Shown piece by piece: positions 54,900 to 63,763 of a stretch of 64,000 bases of DNA. Both the position numbers and the translations under genes were made by a program. Location: positions 16,244-80,243 of the forward strand of contig CAKOXP010000004.1 in assembly GCA_934130175.1 (NCBI GenBank), in the 5' to 3' direction. The notes beneath the pieces were generated by a model, which searched no databases, was not told where the DNA came from, and saw nothing but the letters and a program-made list of their open reading frames with translations. The stretch comes from an uncultured Bacilli bacterium. GTDB lineage: Bacteria; Bacillota_I; Bacilli_A; RF39; UBA660. Numbering within the stretch: the first letter of the stretch is position 1; every line of letters starts with the position of its first letter.

Positions 54900-57536
54900 A
54901 TGAAATATGTATATTCATTTGATGAAGGAAATAAAGATATGCGTAATACTCTAGGGGGCAAAGGAGCTAATCTTGCTGAAATGACAGCATTAAATCTTCC
55001 TGTTCCAAGAGGGTTTACAGTATCAACAGATGCTTGTATTAAATATTATACTGATAATGAAACTTTAAGTAGTGAAATAGTTAGTGAAATATATGAAAAA
55101 TTAGAGGAACTAGAAATTAAAACTGGTAAAAAGTTAGGGGATTTAGAAAATCCATTACTAGTATCAGTTAGAAGTGGTGCAAGGGCATCAATGCCTGGAA
55201 TGATGGATACCATTTTAAATCTTGGTATGAATGATGAAGTTTGTGAAAGTATTGCGAAAAAGACTAATAATTTCCGTTTTGCATACGATTCTTATCGTAG
55301 ATTTATTCAGATGTTTGCAGACGTTGTTATGAGTTTTCCTAAAGAAGACTTTGAATATTTATTTGATTCTATTAAAGAGAAAAAACATATTGTTAATGAT
55401 ACGGATTTAACAAGTGATGATTTATTAGAAATAATTAATGAATATAAGATGCAATATAAAAAACATGCAGGAGTTGATTTTCCAACTGATCCTAAATTTC
55501 AACTATTAGAAGCAGTAAAAGCCGTATTTAGAAGTTGGAATAATGACCGAGCAATTACATATCGTAAGCTAAATGATATTCCATCAAGTTGGGGTACAGC
55601 CGTTAATGTCCAAGAAATGGTTTATGGTAATATGGGAAACACCTCAGGTACAGGAGTTGCATTTACTAGAAATCCTGCAACTGGAGAAAAGAAATTATTT
55701 GGTGAATATTTAATAAATGCTCAAGGAGAGGATGTAGTTGCTGGTATTCGTACACCTCAAAGTATTGAAACATTAAAAGATATTATGCCAGAATGTTACA
55801 GTGAATTTGAACGTATTTGTAAAGTGTTAGAAGATCATTATAAAGATATGCAAGATATGGAGTTTACTATTGAAAATGGAAAATTATTTATGCTTCAAAC
55901 AAGAAATGGTAAGAGAACTGCTCAAGCTGCTATTAAAATTGCTGTTTCATTAGTAAACGAAGGATTAATTGATAAAAATACTGCTTTAACAAGAGTAGAA
56001 GCAAAAAGTCTAGACCAATTATTACACCCAGTCTTTAATGAAGAAGAATTAAAGAAAGCTAAAGTTATTGCTAAAGGACTTGCGGCATCCCCTGGAGCAG
56101 CAACAGGAAAACTTTATTTTTCAGCTAGTGATGCCTTAAAAGCTTATAAAGCTGGAGAAGAAAAAGTTTTGTTAGTTCGTCGTGAAACTTCTCCTGAAGA
56201 TATTGAAGGAATGAATATCGCACAAGGTATATTAACTATTCATGGTGGTATGACATCACATGCCGCAGTTGTAGCTCGTGGTATGGGTAAATGTTGTATT
56301 ACAGGTTGCAGTAACTTAATTATAGATGAAGCTAAAAAAACAATCACAACAGAATCTTTAGAAACTTTTAAAGAAGGAGATTTTATTAGTTTAGATGGTT
56401 CAACTGGTAATGTTTATGGAACTTCTATTAAAACAGAAGATGCAAAGATATCAGGAGATTTTGAAACATTTATGAGTTGGGCAGATGAAGTTAGAACTCT
56501 TGGTGTAAAAGTAAATGCTGACACTAAAGAAGAAGCAACAGTTGCTAGAAATTTCGGTGCCGAAGGAATTGGTCTATGTCGTACAGAGCACATGTTCTTT
56601 GAACCTACTAGAATCTTTAACTTTAGAAAAATGATAGTAGCATCGACTAAAGAAGAACGTGAAAAAGCTCTAAACGATATTCTTCCATACCAAAGAGATG
56701 ATTTTTATAATCTTATGAAAGTAATGGAAGGATATGATGTTACAATAAGATTTTTAGATCCACCATTACATGAATTTTTACCAAAAACGAACAAAGATAT
56801 CAATGAACTTGCTCATGCTCTAAAACTTTCATTTGATGAGTTAAAACAAAGAATAGAGTCATTAAAAGAATTTAATCCAATGATGGGACATCGTGGTTGT
56901 AGACTTGACGTTACTTATCCTGAAATTGCTGCAATGCAAACAAAAGCTGTGATTGAAGCTGCAATTTTATTGGAAAAAGAAAATATTAAAGCAACTCCTG
57001 AAATAATGATTCCATTAATTGGGGATGTAAATGAGTTAAAATATGTTAAGAATATCATAAAAGAAGAAGCTGATAAATTAATTAATGATGCTAATTCTCA
57101 TATCGAGTATAAGATTGGTACTATGATTGAACTTCCTAGAGCTTGCTTAATTGCTGATAGTATAGCAAAAGAAGCTGAATTCTTTAGTTTTGGTACTAAT
57201 GATTTAACTCAATTAACTTATGGTTTTTCAAGAGATGATGCTTCTAAATTCTTAAAAGATTACTACAGCAAAAATATTTTTGAATCTGATCCTTTCGCAA
57301 CAATAGATGAAGAAGGTGTTGGTTCACTTGTAAAAATGGCTGTAGATAAAGGAAAATCTGTTAGAAAAGACATTAGTTTAGGAATATGTGGTGAACACGG
57401 AGGAGATCCAAAAACAATCGACTTTTGTAATAGAGTAGGACTTACTTATGTTTCATGTAGTCCATATAGAATTCCTGTAGCACGTCTTGCTGCAGCTCAA
57501 GCTGCAATAAAAACAAAAAATGATGTTTTATGCTAA
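54900..57536 (+). CDS. ppdK: Pyruvate, phosphate dikinase
   Basis: LGGKGANLAEM and the phospho-His segment GGMTSHAAVVARGMG are present, along with the PEP/pyruvate domain GLCRTEHMF...GICGEHGGDP. Confidence 0.95.
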   Translation: MKYVYSFDEGNKDMRNTLGGKGANLAEMTALNLPVPRGFTVSTDACIKYYTDNETLSSEIVSEIYEKLEELEIKTGKKLGDLENPLLVSVRSGARASMPGMMDTILNLGMNDEVCESIAKKTNNFRFAYDSYRRFIQMFADVVMSFPKEDFEYLFDSIKEKKHIVNDTDLTSDDLLEIINEYKMQYKKHAGVDFPTDPKFQLLEAVKAVFRSWNNDRAITYRKLNDIPSSWGTAVNVQEMVYGNMGNTSGTGVAFTRNPATGEKKLFGEYLINAQGEDVVAGIRTPQSIETLKDIMPECYSEFERICKVLEDHYKDMQDMEFTIENGKLFMLQTRNGKRTAQAAIKIAVSLVNEGLIDKNTALTRVEAKSLDQLLHPVFNEEELKKAKVIAKGLAASPGAATGKLYFSASDALKAYKAGEEKVLLVRRETSPEDIEGMNIAQGILTIHGGMTSHAAVVARGMGKCCITGCSNLIIDEAKKTITTESLETFKEGDFISLDGSTGNVYGTSIKTEDAKISGDFETFMSWADEVRTLGVKVNADTKEEATVARNFGAEGIGLCRTEHMFFEPTRIFNFRKMIVASTKEEREKALNDILPYQRDDFYNLMKVMEGYDVTIRFLDPPLHEFLPKTNKDINELAHALKLSFDELKQRIESLKEFNPMMGHRGCRLDVTYPEIAAMQTKAVIEAAILLEKENIKATPEIMIPLIGDVNELKYVKNIIKEEADKLINDANSHIEYKIGTMIELPRACLIADSIAKEAEFFSFGTNDLTQLTYGFSRDDASKFLKDYYSKNIFESDPFATIDEEGVGSLVKMAVDKGKSVRKDISLGICGEHGGDPKTIDFCNRVGLTYVSCSPYRIPVARLAAAQAAIKTKNDVLC

Positions 57537-57540
57537 ATTA

Positions 57541-57567
57541 AACTAAGATAGAAATATCTTAGTTTTA
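57541..57567 (+). terminator. Rho-independent terminator after ppdK
   Basis: AACTAAGATA-gaaa-TATCTTAGTT followed by Ts. Confidence 0.8.
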
Positions 57568-57680
57568 CTTTACTTTAATTTTTGCTAATAAAAATATTAT
57601 ATAATTAATTCTACCTTTAAGAAAAAATTGATGTTATAATTAAGTAAGATGATAGTATAATTTATGTATGAGGTGATTTT

Positions 57681-59636
57681 GTGAGAAAATATAAAAACTA
57701 TTTATTATTTGTGAGTCTATTTTTTATGCCAACTATAGTCTATGCAAGTTCTGGTGATAATTCTTTTTCACTTATAACAGCTTTAGGAATCGAAGCGTTT
57801 ATTTCTATTCATATGTCAATGTTTTTCCTATTGCCACTTGCTGAACTTATCTCCTTTGAAAAGAAAAAAGAAATATTTTGGAGAATGTTTATTTTAAGGG
57901 TAGTAATATTGTTATTTTGTGACTTCTTTATCTCAACATATATAGCAATATTTGACTGTATCTTTGTATTTGTAGGTGCTTTTATCATATACCCTATTGC
58001 TCTTGCGATAAAAAAGGCAATTGATAGTCGAAGTAACAAAGTATTCACTTCTTCCATAACTAATACTATATCAAGTCAGAAAGATATTAAAAATAACGAG
58101 GTTATGACTTGTGCCAAGTGTGGTGAAAAACTAGAACCTCCATATAATTTTTGTGGTAAATGTGGTGCTAAAATAGAAGAAGTTCAAACCATTGAAATCA
58201 AAGAAAAAACAAATACAGTTAAGGTATCAGATTTCGAGCCAATCTACGCTAAATCTGAAGATGAGGTATTAGAAGATTTTATCAATAAAGAAATGAAAAA
58301 AGCCAACTTTGAGATAGATAAGAAATTAGTTCCAAAAGAAGTAGTAAAAAGAAGAAGCATATTAAGTATTCTTTTTGCAATTTTACTTTTTGTATCTATT
58401 TCTCTAATCTTTTTCCATTTTCCAATCTATACATATATTATTGACCTTATAATACTAGTTATATTTTACATAATGAGTAAAAAATACAATCTGATTAGTT
58501 ATTTGAAAAAAGAAGCAAAATCAAGACCAGATGAAAAAATATCAAATATTGTAATGTCTACAAAAACATCTTTAGTCTATGATAATTATAAAATTTTAAG
58601 GGCTGTTTTATGCTTAATCGCAACAGTTGCGCCATTAATTATTTTTAAAGATCCAAAAATAATGTATGAAAAGCAAGACAATGGTTATGCAGTTAGATTC
58701 TATACTTTTGGATTGACAAACTACAAAACAGCTACTATCCCTGAGGTGTATAATAATAAGAATGTGATTAGCCTTAGAGGTAATGCTTTTTCTAATATGC
58801 CATTTCTAGAAAAAGTAACTTTGCCAGACACAATAGTTGAAATTAGAGGTCAAGCTTTTAAAAATGATGTAAAACTAACTTCTGTAAATATTCCTAAAGA
58901 ATTAAAGTATTTAGGTGGTGGTTCTTTTTATAATTGTAAATTAATTAAAAAGATAGAATTACCAGATACTTTAACATATATGGGAGGTGAGACATTCTAT
59001 AAAGCCTCAGCTCTAACTAATATCAAATTATCAGAAAACCTAAAAGAAATTAGAGGAGATTCTTTTGAATATTGTACATCTTTAAAAGAAATAACAATTC
59101 CCGACAAGGTAAGTCGAATTGGAGGACATGCTTTTTATGGGGCTTCTTCTTTAGAAAAAGTAGAGTTAACCGAAGATAGTAGTTTAAAAGAAATAGGATC
59201 ATCTGCTTTTAGAAGGTGTGACAACCTACATACTATAACTATTCCTAGTGATACTTATGTTAATGAAAGAGCCTTTAAAGAAAGTCCAACAGTAGTGAGA
59301 CATTTTAATCAAGTTGACTATGGCAGTAGTGTTGATAGATTTAACTATGATTATAGTTCATTTATGCTGTTATATACTAATCAAAAACAGAAAGTAAATG
59401 AATATCGTAGCTATGCTAAAGTTAAAGATGCTTATTTAGAACTTGAAAGTGTAGATGTATTAGAAGATGGTAATAACTTTAATCTAAAGTATATCAATGG
59501 AGATGAAGAAATATCATTTACTTTATCAAAAATGATGCCATATAAAGAAATAAGTGATGATTTAGCAGTTGAGGTAGCAAGTGAATATAATTTTTCAAGA
59601 GTAGGTAACGTCTCACTAAATATTTATTATAATTAG
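57681..59636 (+). CDS. Polytopic membrane protein with zinc ribbon and BspA-type leucine-rich repeats
   Basis: GAGGTGA precedes GTG 57681. An N-terminal signal and TM helices are followed by CAKCGEKLEPPYNFCGKCGAKI, more TMs and ~23-aa LRR units (e.g. LEKVTLPDTIVEIRGQAFKN; LKEITIPDKVSRIGGHAFYG). Confidence 0.8.
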   Translation: MRKYKNYLLFVSLFFMPTIVYASSGDNSFSLITALGIEAFISIHMSMFFLLPLAELISFEKKKEIFWRMFILRVVILLFCDFFISTYIAIFDCIFVFVGAFIIYPIALAIKKAIDSRSNKVFTSSITNTISSQKDIKNNEVMTCAKCGEKLEPPYNFCGKCGAKIEEVQTIEIKEKTNTVKVSDFEPIYAKSEDEVLEDFINKEMKKANFEIDKKLVPKEVVKRRSILSILFAILLFVSISLIFFHFPIYTYIIDLIILVIFYIMSKKYNLISYLKKEAKSRPDEKISNIVMSTKTSLVYDNYKILRAVLCLIATVAPLIIFKDPKIMYEKQDNGYAVRFYTFGLTNYKTATIPEVYNNKNVISLRGNAFSNMPFLEKVTLPDTIVEIRGQAFKNDVKLTSVNIPKELKYLGGGSFYNCKLIKKIELPDTLTYMGGETFYKASALTNIKLSENLKEIRGDSFEYCTSLKEITIPDKVSRIGGHAFYGASSLEKVELTEDSSLKEIGSSAFRRCDNLHTITIPSDTYVNERAFKESPTVVRHFNQVDYGSSVDRFNYDYSSFMLLYTNQKQKVNEYRSYAKVKDAYLELESVDVLEDGNNFNLKYINGDEEISFTLSKMMPYKEISDDLAVEVASEYNFSRVGNVSLNIYYN

Positions 59637-59651
59637 ATGGAGGCCTTAGAA

Positions 59652-61400
59652 ATGGAAAACAAATACATACATTTATTATATGTTCCAACAATGGCTTGTA
59701 ATATGGCTTGTAAGTATTGTTACTTAGAGGATAATACTAAAGATGAATTTATGAAACACGATTCTTTAGAAACACTAGATTATGCTATAAAGAAATTCAA
59801 AGGTGCCAATGTTATTCCTTTTAATATTTCTCTTCATGGAGGAGAAGTAACGACTCTTTCTCATGATGAATTTTATAATCTAATTAAATATATTGATACA
59901 TATTATAATACAAATAAGAAGCTAATTACCAATGCCGGTTTCAAAGTAGGAAGACCTCATATAAAAACTAATTTATATGGAATAGACAAACATATAGATA
60001 CAATAAGAGAGTTTAATGTATCTATATCCGGAAGTCTTGATTTGCCTCTTTCATTACACGATGAGTACCGAACTACTAAGGGTGGTAAAAAAACTTTAGA
60101 TAAAATTTTTGAAAACATAAAACTAATGGAAGATATTCCAAATAAAAAGAAAGTTTCTGCAACTATCTTTAAGGAGCATTATATTCATACTGATGAGATA
60201 ATTAAAGATATTAAATATTTAAATTCTAATACTTGCCTAGATATGAATGATTTCAATTTCATGATTGGTTTTGATTATAATTCAAATGGAATTTTACATC
60301 ACATTAGTGAAGATGAACAAGTTGATTTTTATAAAAGAATGCATAAAGAATTTGATGGTACTGATTTAGATTCTGGTGTGAATGGAGCTTGGTTTGACGA
60401 GTTTGGTCCAGACTATTGCTCAAATTGTGATAATTGTGGTGAAAAATTTTTCTTACTAGAAAAAAATGGTGATATCTACTCCTGCGTTAGAGGTCAAAAA
60501 AATCCTAATTACTATTATGGAAATATTTATAATAACTCAGTAGAAGAGATTCTTAATACAGCCTATTTAAAGATTTTCAAAAACCATAACCTTGAGAGAT
60601 TTAATGAAGACTGTAAGAATTGTGGTTACTTGTATCTATGTAAAACAGGATGCCCTTTCGTAAAAAACAATTATAATACTAATAAGAGTTATACTTGTAA
60701 ATTGCAACAACAAATGTATAAAGATAGAAATTATTTAAAAGATAGTTATAATGATGAATTTGTATATCAGTATATTTCAAAAATGAGATTAGAAGATGCC
60801 AGTAAATATATGCCTGAAAAGAATTCTAATAACAACTATCCAAAATTAGAAGAAATAATTGCAAAAGATTCCAATTTAAAGTATATATATGATGATGACT
60901 CATTTATTTTAAGTATAGATGGAGTTGATTATAAACTAGAGTCACAAATTATAAAGAAAACAAGGGATATAATCTACATTACACCTAAATCTAAAATAGA
61001 AATATATATGAAGAAAAATCTTATAAATAAATTATCAGATTACCCAGAAAATAATTCATTATATATAATGCTACTTTCTGGATCATTAGTAACATATGGA
61101 GATGAAAATAGAACTAAACAAAGACATATTTCAACACTACAAGTATATAAAGGCGTCCTTGATAAAACCGCTTCATCCAAGAAAGATTATTATAAATATG
61201 ATATAGCAGGCTTTTTAAAAGAGTATAAAGATATGTATTCTTCTATTAGTCCCAATAATATGTTTTTTACAACTTCAAGTTTAAGAGACTATCATTATAC
61301 AAAGCAAAAAAATAATGCATATTATCATATTCAGGCAATTAATTTGCCATTTCAAAATATTGAATTTTATTATTTAGATAAGGAGTTAAAAAATGAATAA
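59652..61400 (+). CDS. Radical SAM enzyme with SPASM domain and unassigned ~225-aa C-terminal domain
   Basis: CNMACKYC (CX3CX2C), HGGEVT, CGEKFFLLEKNGDIYSC (CX10GX4C) and CKNCGYLYLCKTGC (CX2CX5CX3C) are present. GGAGG lies 8 nt upstream of ATG 59652, and ATG 59637 is an alternative start. Confidence 0.88.
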   Translation: MENKYIHLLYVPTMACNMACKYCYLEDNTKDEFMKHDSLETLDYAIKKFKGANVIPFNISLHGGEVTTLSHDEFYNLIKYIDTYYNTNKKLITNAGFKVGRPHIKTNLYGIDKHIDTIREFNVSISGSLDLPLSLHDEYRTTKGGKKTLDKIFENIKLMEDIPNKKKVSATIFKEHYIHTDEIIKDIKYLNSNTCLDMNDFNFMIGFDYNSNGILHHISEDEQVDFYKRMHKEFDGTDLDSGVNGAWFDEFGPDYCSNCDNCGEKFFLLEKNGDIYSCVRGQKNPNYYYGNIYNNSVEEILNTAYLKIFKNHNLERFNEDCKNCGYLYLCKTGCPFVKNNYNTNKSYTCKLQQQMYKDRNYLKDSYNDEFVYQYISKMRLEDASKYMPEKNSNNNYPKLEEIIAKDSNLKYIYDDDSFILSIDGVDYKLESQIIKKTRDIIYITPKSKIEIYMKKNLINKLSDYPENNSLYIMLLSGSLVTYGDENRTKQRHISTLQVYKGVLDKTASSKKDYYKYDIAGFLKEYKDMYSSISPNNMFFTTSSLRDYHYTKQKNNAYYHIQAINLPFQNIEFYYLDKELKNE

Positions 61401-61749
61401 AGAACCAGTTACATATGCAGAATTAATAAGAAAAAAAAGATGTATTGAATTAACTAATTACTATGATTTAACAGAAGAAGATTTAGATAAAATTTATACA
61501 TTTTTAGAAGAAAATAAAAAAGGAATTGTTAGATGTGGTGATCAAAATATTGCCCTAGTAGTTAATAACGACATTAAAAATGCCACTTTTATAATCGCAA
61601 GTAAAATTTCCTCATCAGTCGATGGAATTGTGATGAGTAACGATGCATTTAAAATAATACCACATTATGAACCATCCCCATACGATGGACATAGTGGTGG
61701 TTCATCTTCTAATAATAACAATAACAACAATAATAATAACAATAGATAG
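61393..61749 (+). CDS. 118-aa protein with C-terminal Gly/Ser linker and N11 tail (candidate radical-SAM substrate or partner)
   Basis: AAGGAG lies 7 nt upstream. The ATG overlaps the rSAM stop (ATGAATAA). The C terminus is PHYEPSPYDGHSGGSSSNNNNNNNNNNNR. Confidence 0.7.
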   Translation: MNKEPVTYAELIRKKRCIELTNYYDLTEEDLDKIYTFLEENKKGIVRCGDQNIALVVNNDIKNATFIIASKISSSVDGIVMSNDAFKIIPHYEPSPYDGHSGGSSSNNNNNNNNNNNR

Positions 61750-61761
61750 GAGGTATAAAAA

Positions 61762-62772
61762 GTGCCATTAATATCTGAAAAGTTTCATGAAGAAAAATTA
61801 AAAAAACTTGGTATCAATATCAAAACAAGTTATATAGTTGAAAATAATATTTTAGAAATGAATACTAATAGTAATCATAATGATAATGTTGTTAAGGGAT
61901 TAAGATGTAAAAAACAATATTATATTAATAATAAGCTAAAACATGAAGAATTTAAATTTGATACTAGAATAGAATATACTTTCCTTTCAAGTAAAGAAGA
62001 AGATAAAGAATATAGTTGTCCTAATTGCGGAATGCATTCAAAGCTAAAAGATTTTCTTGATGGTTGTCCATACTGTGGAACCTGTTTTAACATTGATTAT
62101 GTAGATAAAGATATGGGAAGCAAATACTACTATGACAGAGTTTTAAGAAATCCAACCTATAGATTAGTAACGGCCTTAGTTGATATTATTATCAGTCTAT
62201 TACTATCATTTCTTTTCATAAGATATACTTCACGTACCTTTAATTCATATGATATATCCAAAATTTTTATCTATGGTATGATTTTAGCACTTATTCTTTA
62301 TTACTTCTTTTATATAATTGATGCTTATATCGTACTTGAACCAATAAAAAGATATAAAGATAGAGAAAACCAAAAACAAATAGAATTCTTTGACAGAACA
62401 AAAATAGATAAAAAAGAATTTTTCAATAATTTAAATTATGAAATAGCAAACAAATACTACAATAATTCTGATATTATCGACTATGATATCTTGGATTTTG
62501 ACAGTTATAATGAATTTATGAAAAATGATTCTTTATATATTTTAGTAAAAGCTTATGTAAGAATTGTTAGTTTTAAAAATGATAAATTTATATCTAAGTA
62601 TATAACCGATACTTATTTATTAAAAAGGGTTAATGATTCTATTGAGTTAAAAGATAACGTAAATGTTATAAGCTGTCATAATTGTGGAGCATCTATTGAT
62701 ATTACTAAGAAAGAGTGTGACTATTGTCATTCTAAAGTTAAATATTTCCAAAAATGGATATTAGAAAAATAA
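61762..62772 (+). CDS. Membrane protein with N- and C-terminal zinc ribbons flanking two TM helices
   Basis: AGGAGG lies 8 nt upstream of GTG 61762. CPNCGMHS...CPYCGTCF is followed by two TM helices (LVTALVDIIISLLLSFLFI; IFIYGMILALILYYFFYIIDAYIVL) and CHNCGASI...CDYCHSKV. Confidence 0.75.
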   Translation: MPLISEKFHEEKLKKLGINIKTSYIVENNILEMNTNSNHNDNVVKGLRCKKQYYINNKLKHEEFKFDTRIEYTFLSSKEEDKEYSCPNCGMHSKLKDFLDGCPYCGTCFNIDYVDKDMGSKYYYDRVLRNPTYRLVTALVDIIISLLLSFLFIRYTSRTFNSYDISKIFIYGMILALILYYFFYIIDAYIVLEPIKRYKDRENQKQIEFFDRTKIDKKEFFNNLNYEIANKYYNNSDIIDYDILDFDSYNEFMKNDSLYILVKAYVRIVSFKNDKFISKYITDTYLLKRVNDSIELKDNVNVISCHNCGASIDITKKECDYCHSKVKYFQKWILEK

Positions 62773-62794
62773 TTATTATATATATTAAAAGTTA

Positions 62795-62818
62795 AAAGCT
62801 AAATCTAGCTTTTTTTTA
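62795..62818 (+). terminator. Rho-independent terminator closing the rSAM operon
   Basis: AAAGCTA-aatc-TAGCTTT followed by a T-run. Confidence 0.8.
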
Positions 62819-62851
62819 TTTTTTTGTTTATAATGATAATGGTGATGATAA

Positions 62852-63763
62852 ATGAAATTTGTATGTGTTGGACACGCTACTTATGATATTACACTTCCAG
62901 TTGAAAATTATCCAGTTGAAAATAAAAAGCAAAGAATAAGTCAAAAGATAGAGTGTGGGGGAGGTCCTGCTTGTAATGCTAGTTACTTACTTGGTAAATG
63001 GAATAGTGATGTTTCATTTGTAGGGGTAGTGGGAAATGATTACTATGGACAACAGATAATAAAAGAACTTAATTCAATCGGTGTAAATACAGAGTATGTA
63101 GAAAAAAATTCTTCTACTGATACAGATAGTAGCTACATCGTAAGTAACTTAAGTAATGGTACCAGAACAATTTTAACTACAAAAAAGAAAGAAATTGCAT
63201 CTCTTGATAACCCAGTTGATATAACCGATGCATCTTACGTACTAGTAGATGGTGAACATTATATAACTGCTAAAGAGGTTCTTCTAAGAAATCCAAAAGC
63301 TATTAGTGTTTTAGATGCAGGAAGGTTTACTAAAGAAGTTGTTAGTTTAGGTCAAATAGTTAACTATGTGGTTTGTTCTAAAGAATTTGCAGAGAATTTT
63401 TCTAAAATTAATGTTGATTACAACAATACAAATTCTATAATAGAAATATATAAAGTATTGAAATCATTTTATAAAGATCAAACGGTAATTATTACTTTGG
63501 AAGACAAAGGAAGTTTTACTTGTATAAATAATAATTATCATTTGATTCCAAGTATTAAAGTTAAAACTGTTGATTCTACAGGTGCTGGAGATATATTTCA
63601 TGGAGCATTTATCTATTTTCTTTCCCAAAATTACCCATTAGAAAAAGTCATTAAACTTGCCTCAATTACCTCAGCCTTGTCAGTTACTAAAATAGGTTCA
63701 AGATTATCTATTCCTGAATTAGAAGAAGTTTCAAAGGTCTATTCTAATTATGAAACTATATAA
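62852..63763 (+). CDS. PfkB family carbohydrate/nucleoside kinase (ribokinase-like)
   Basis: GGGPACNASY and the pfkB signature DSTGAGDIFHGAF are present. Confidence 0.85.
   Translation: MKFVCVGHATYDITLPVENYPVENKKQRISQKIECGGGPACNASYLLGKWNSDVSFVGVVGNDYYGQQIIKELNSIGVNTEYVEKNSSTDTDSSYIVSNLSNGTRTILTTKKKEIASLDNPVDITDASYVLVDGEHYITAKEVLLRNPKAISVLDAGRFTKEVVSLGQIVNYVVCSKEFAENFSKINVDYNNTNSIIEIYKVLKSFYKDQTVIITLEDKGSFTCINNNYHLIPSIKVKTVDSTGAGDIFHGAFIYFLSQNYPLEKVIKLASITSALSVTKIGSRLSIPELEEVSKVYSNYETI

Noticed and set aside
61711-61743. The poly-Asn coding run as a DNA-level phase-variation microsatellite.
   Set aside because: Mixed AAT/AAC codons interrupt the repeat, and any slippage would occur in units of three, changing the tail length rather than the frame. 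It is better treated as a protein feature.
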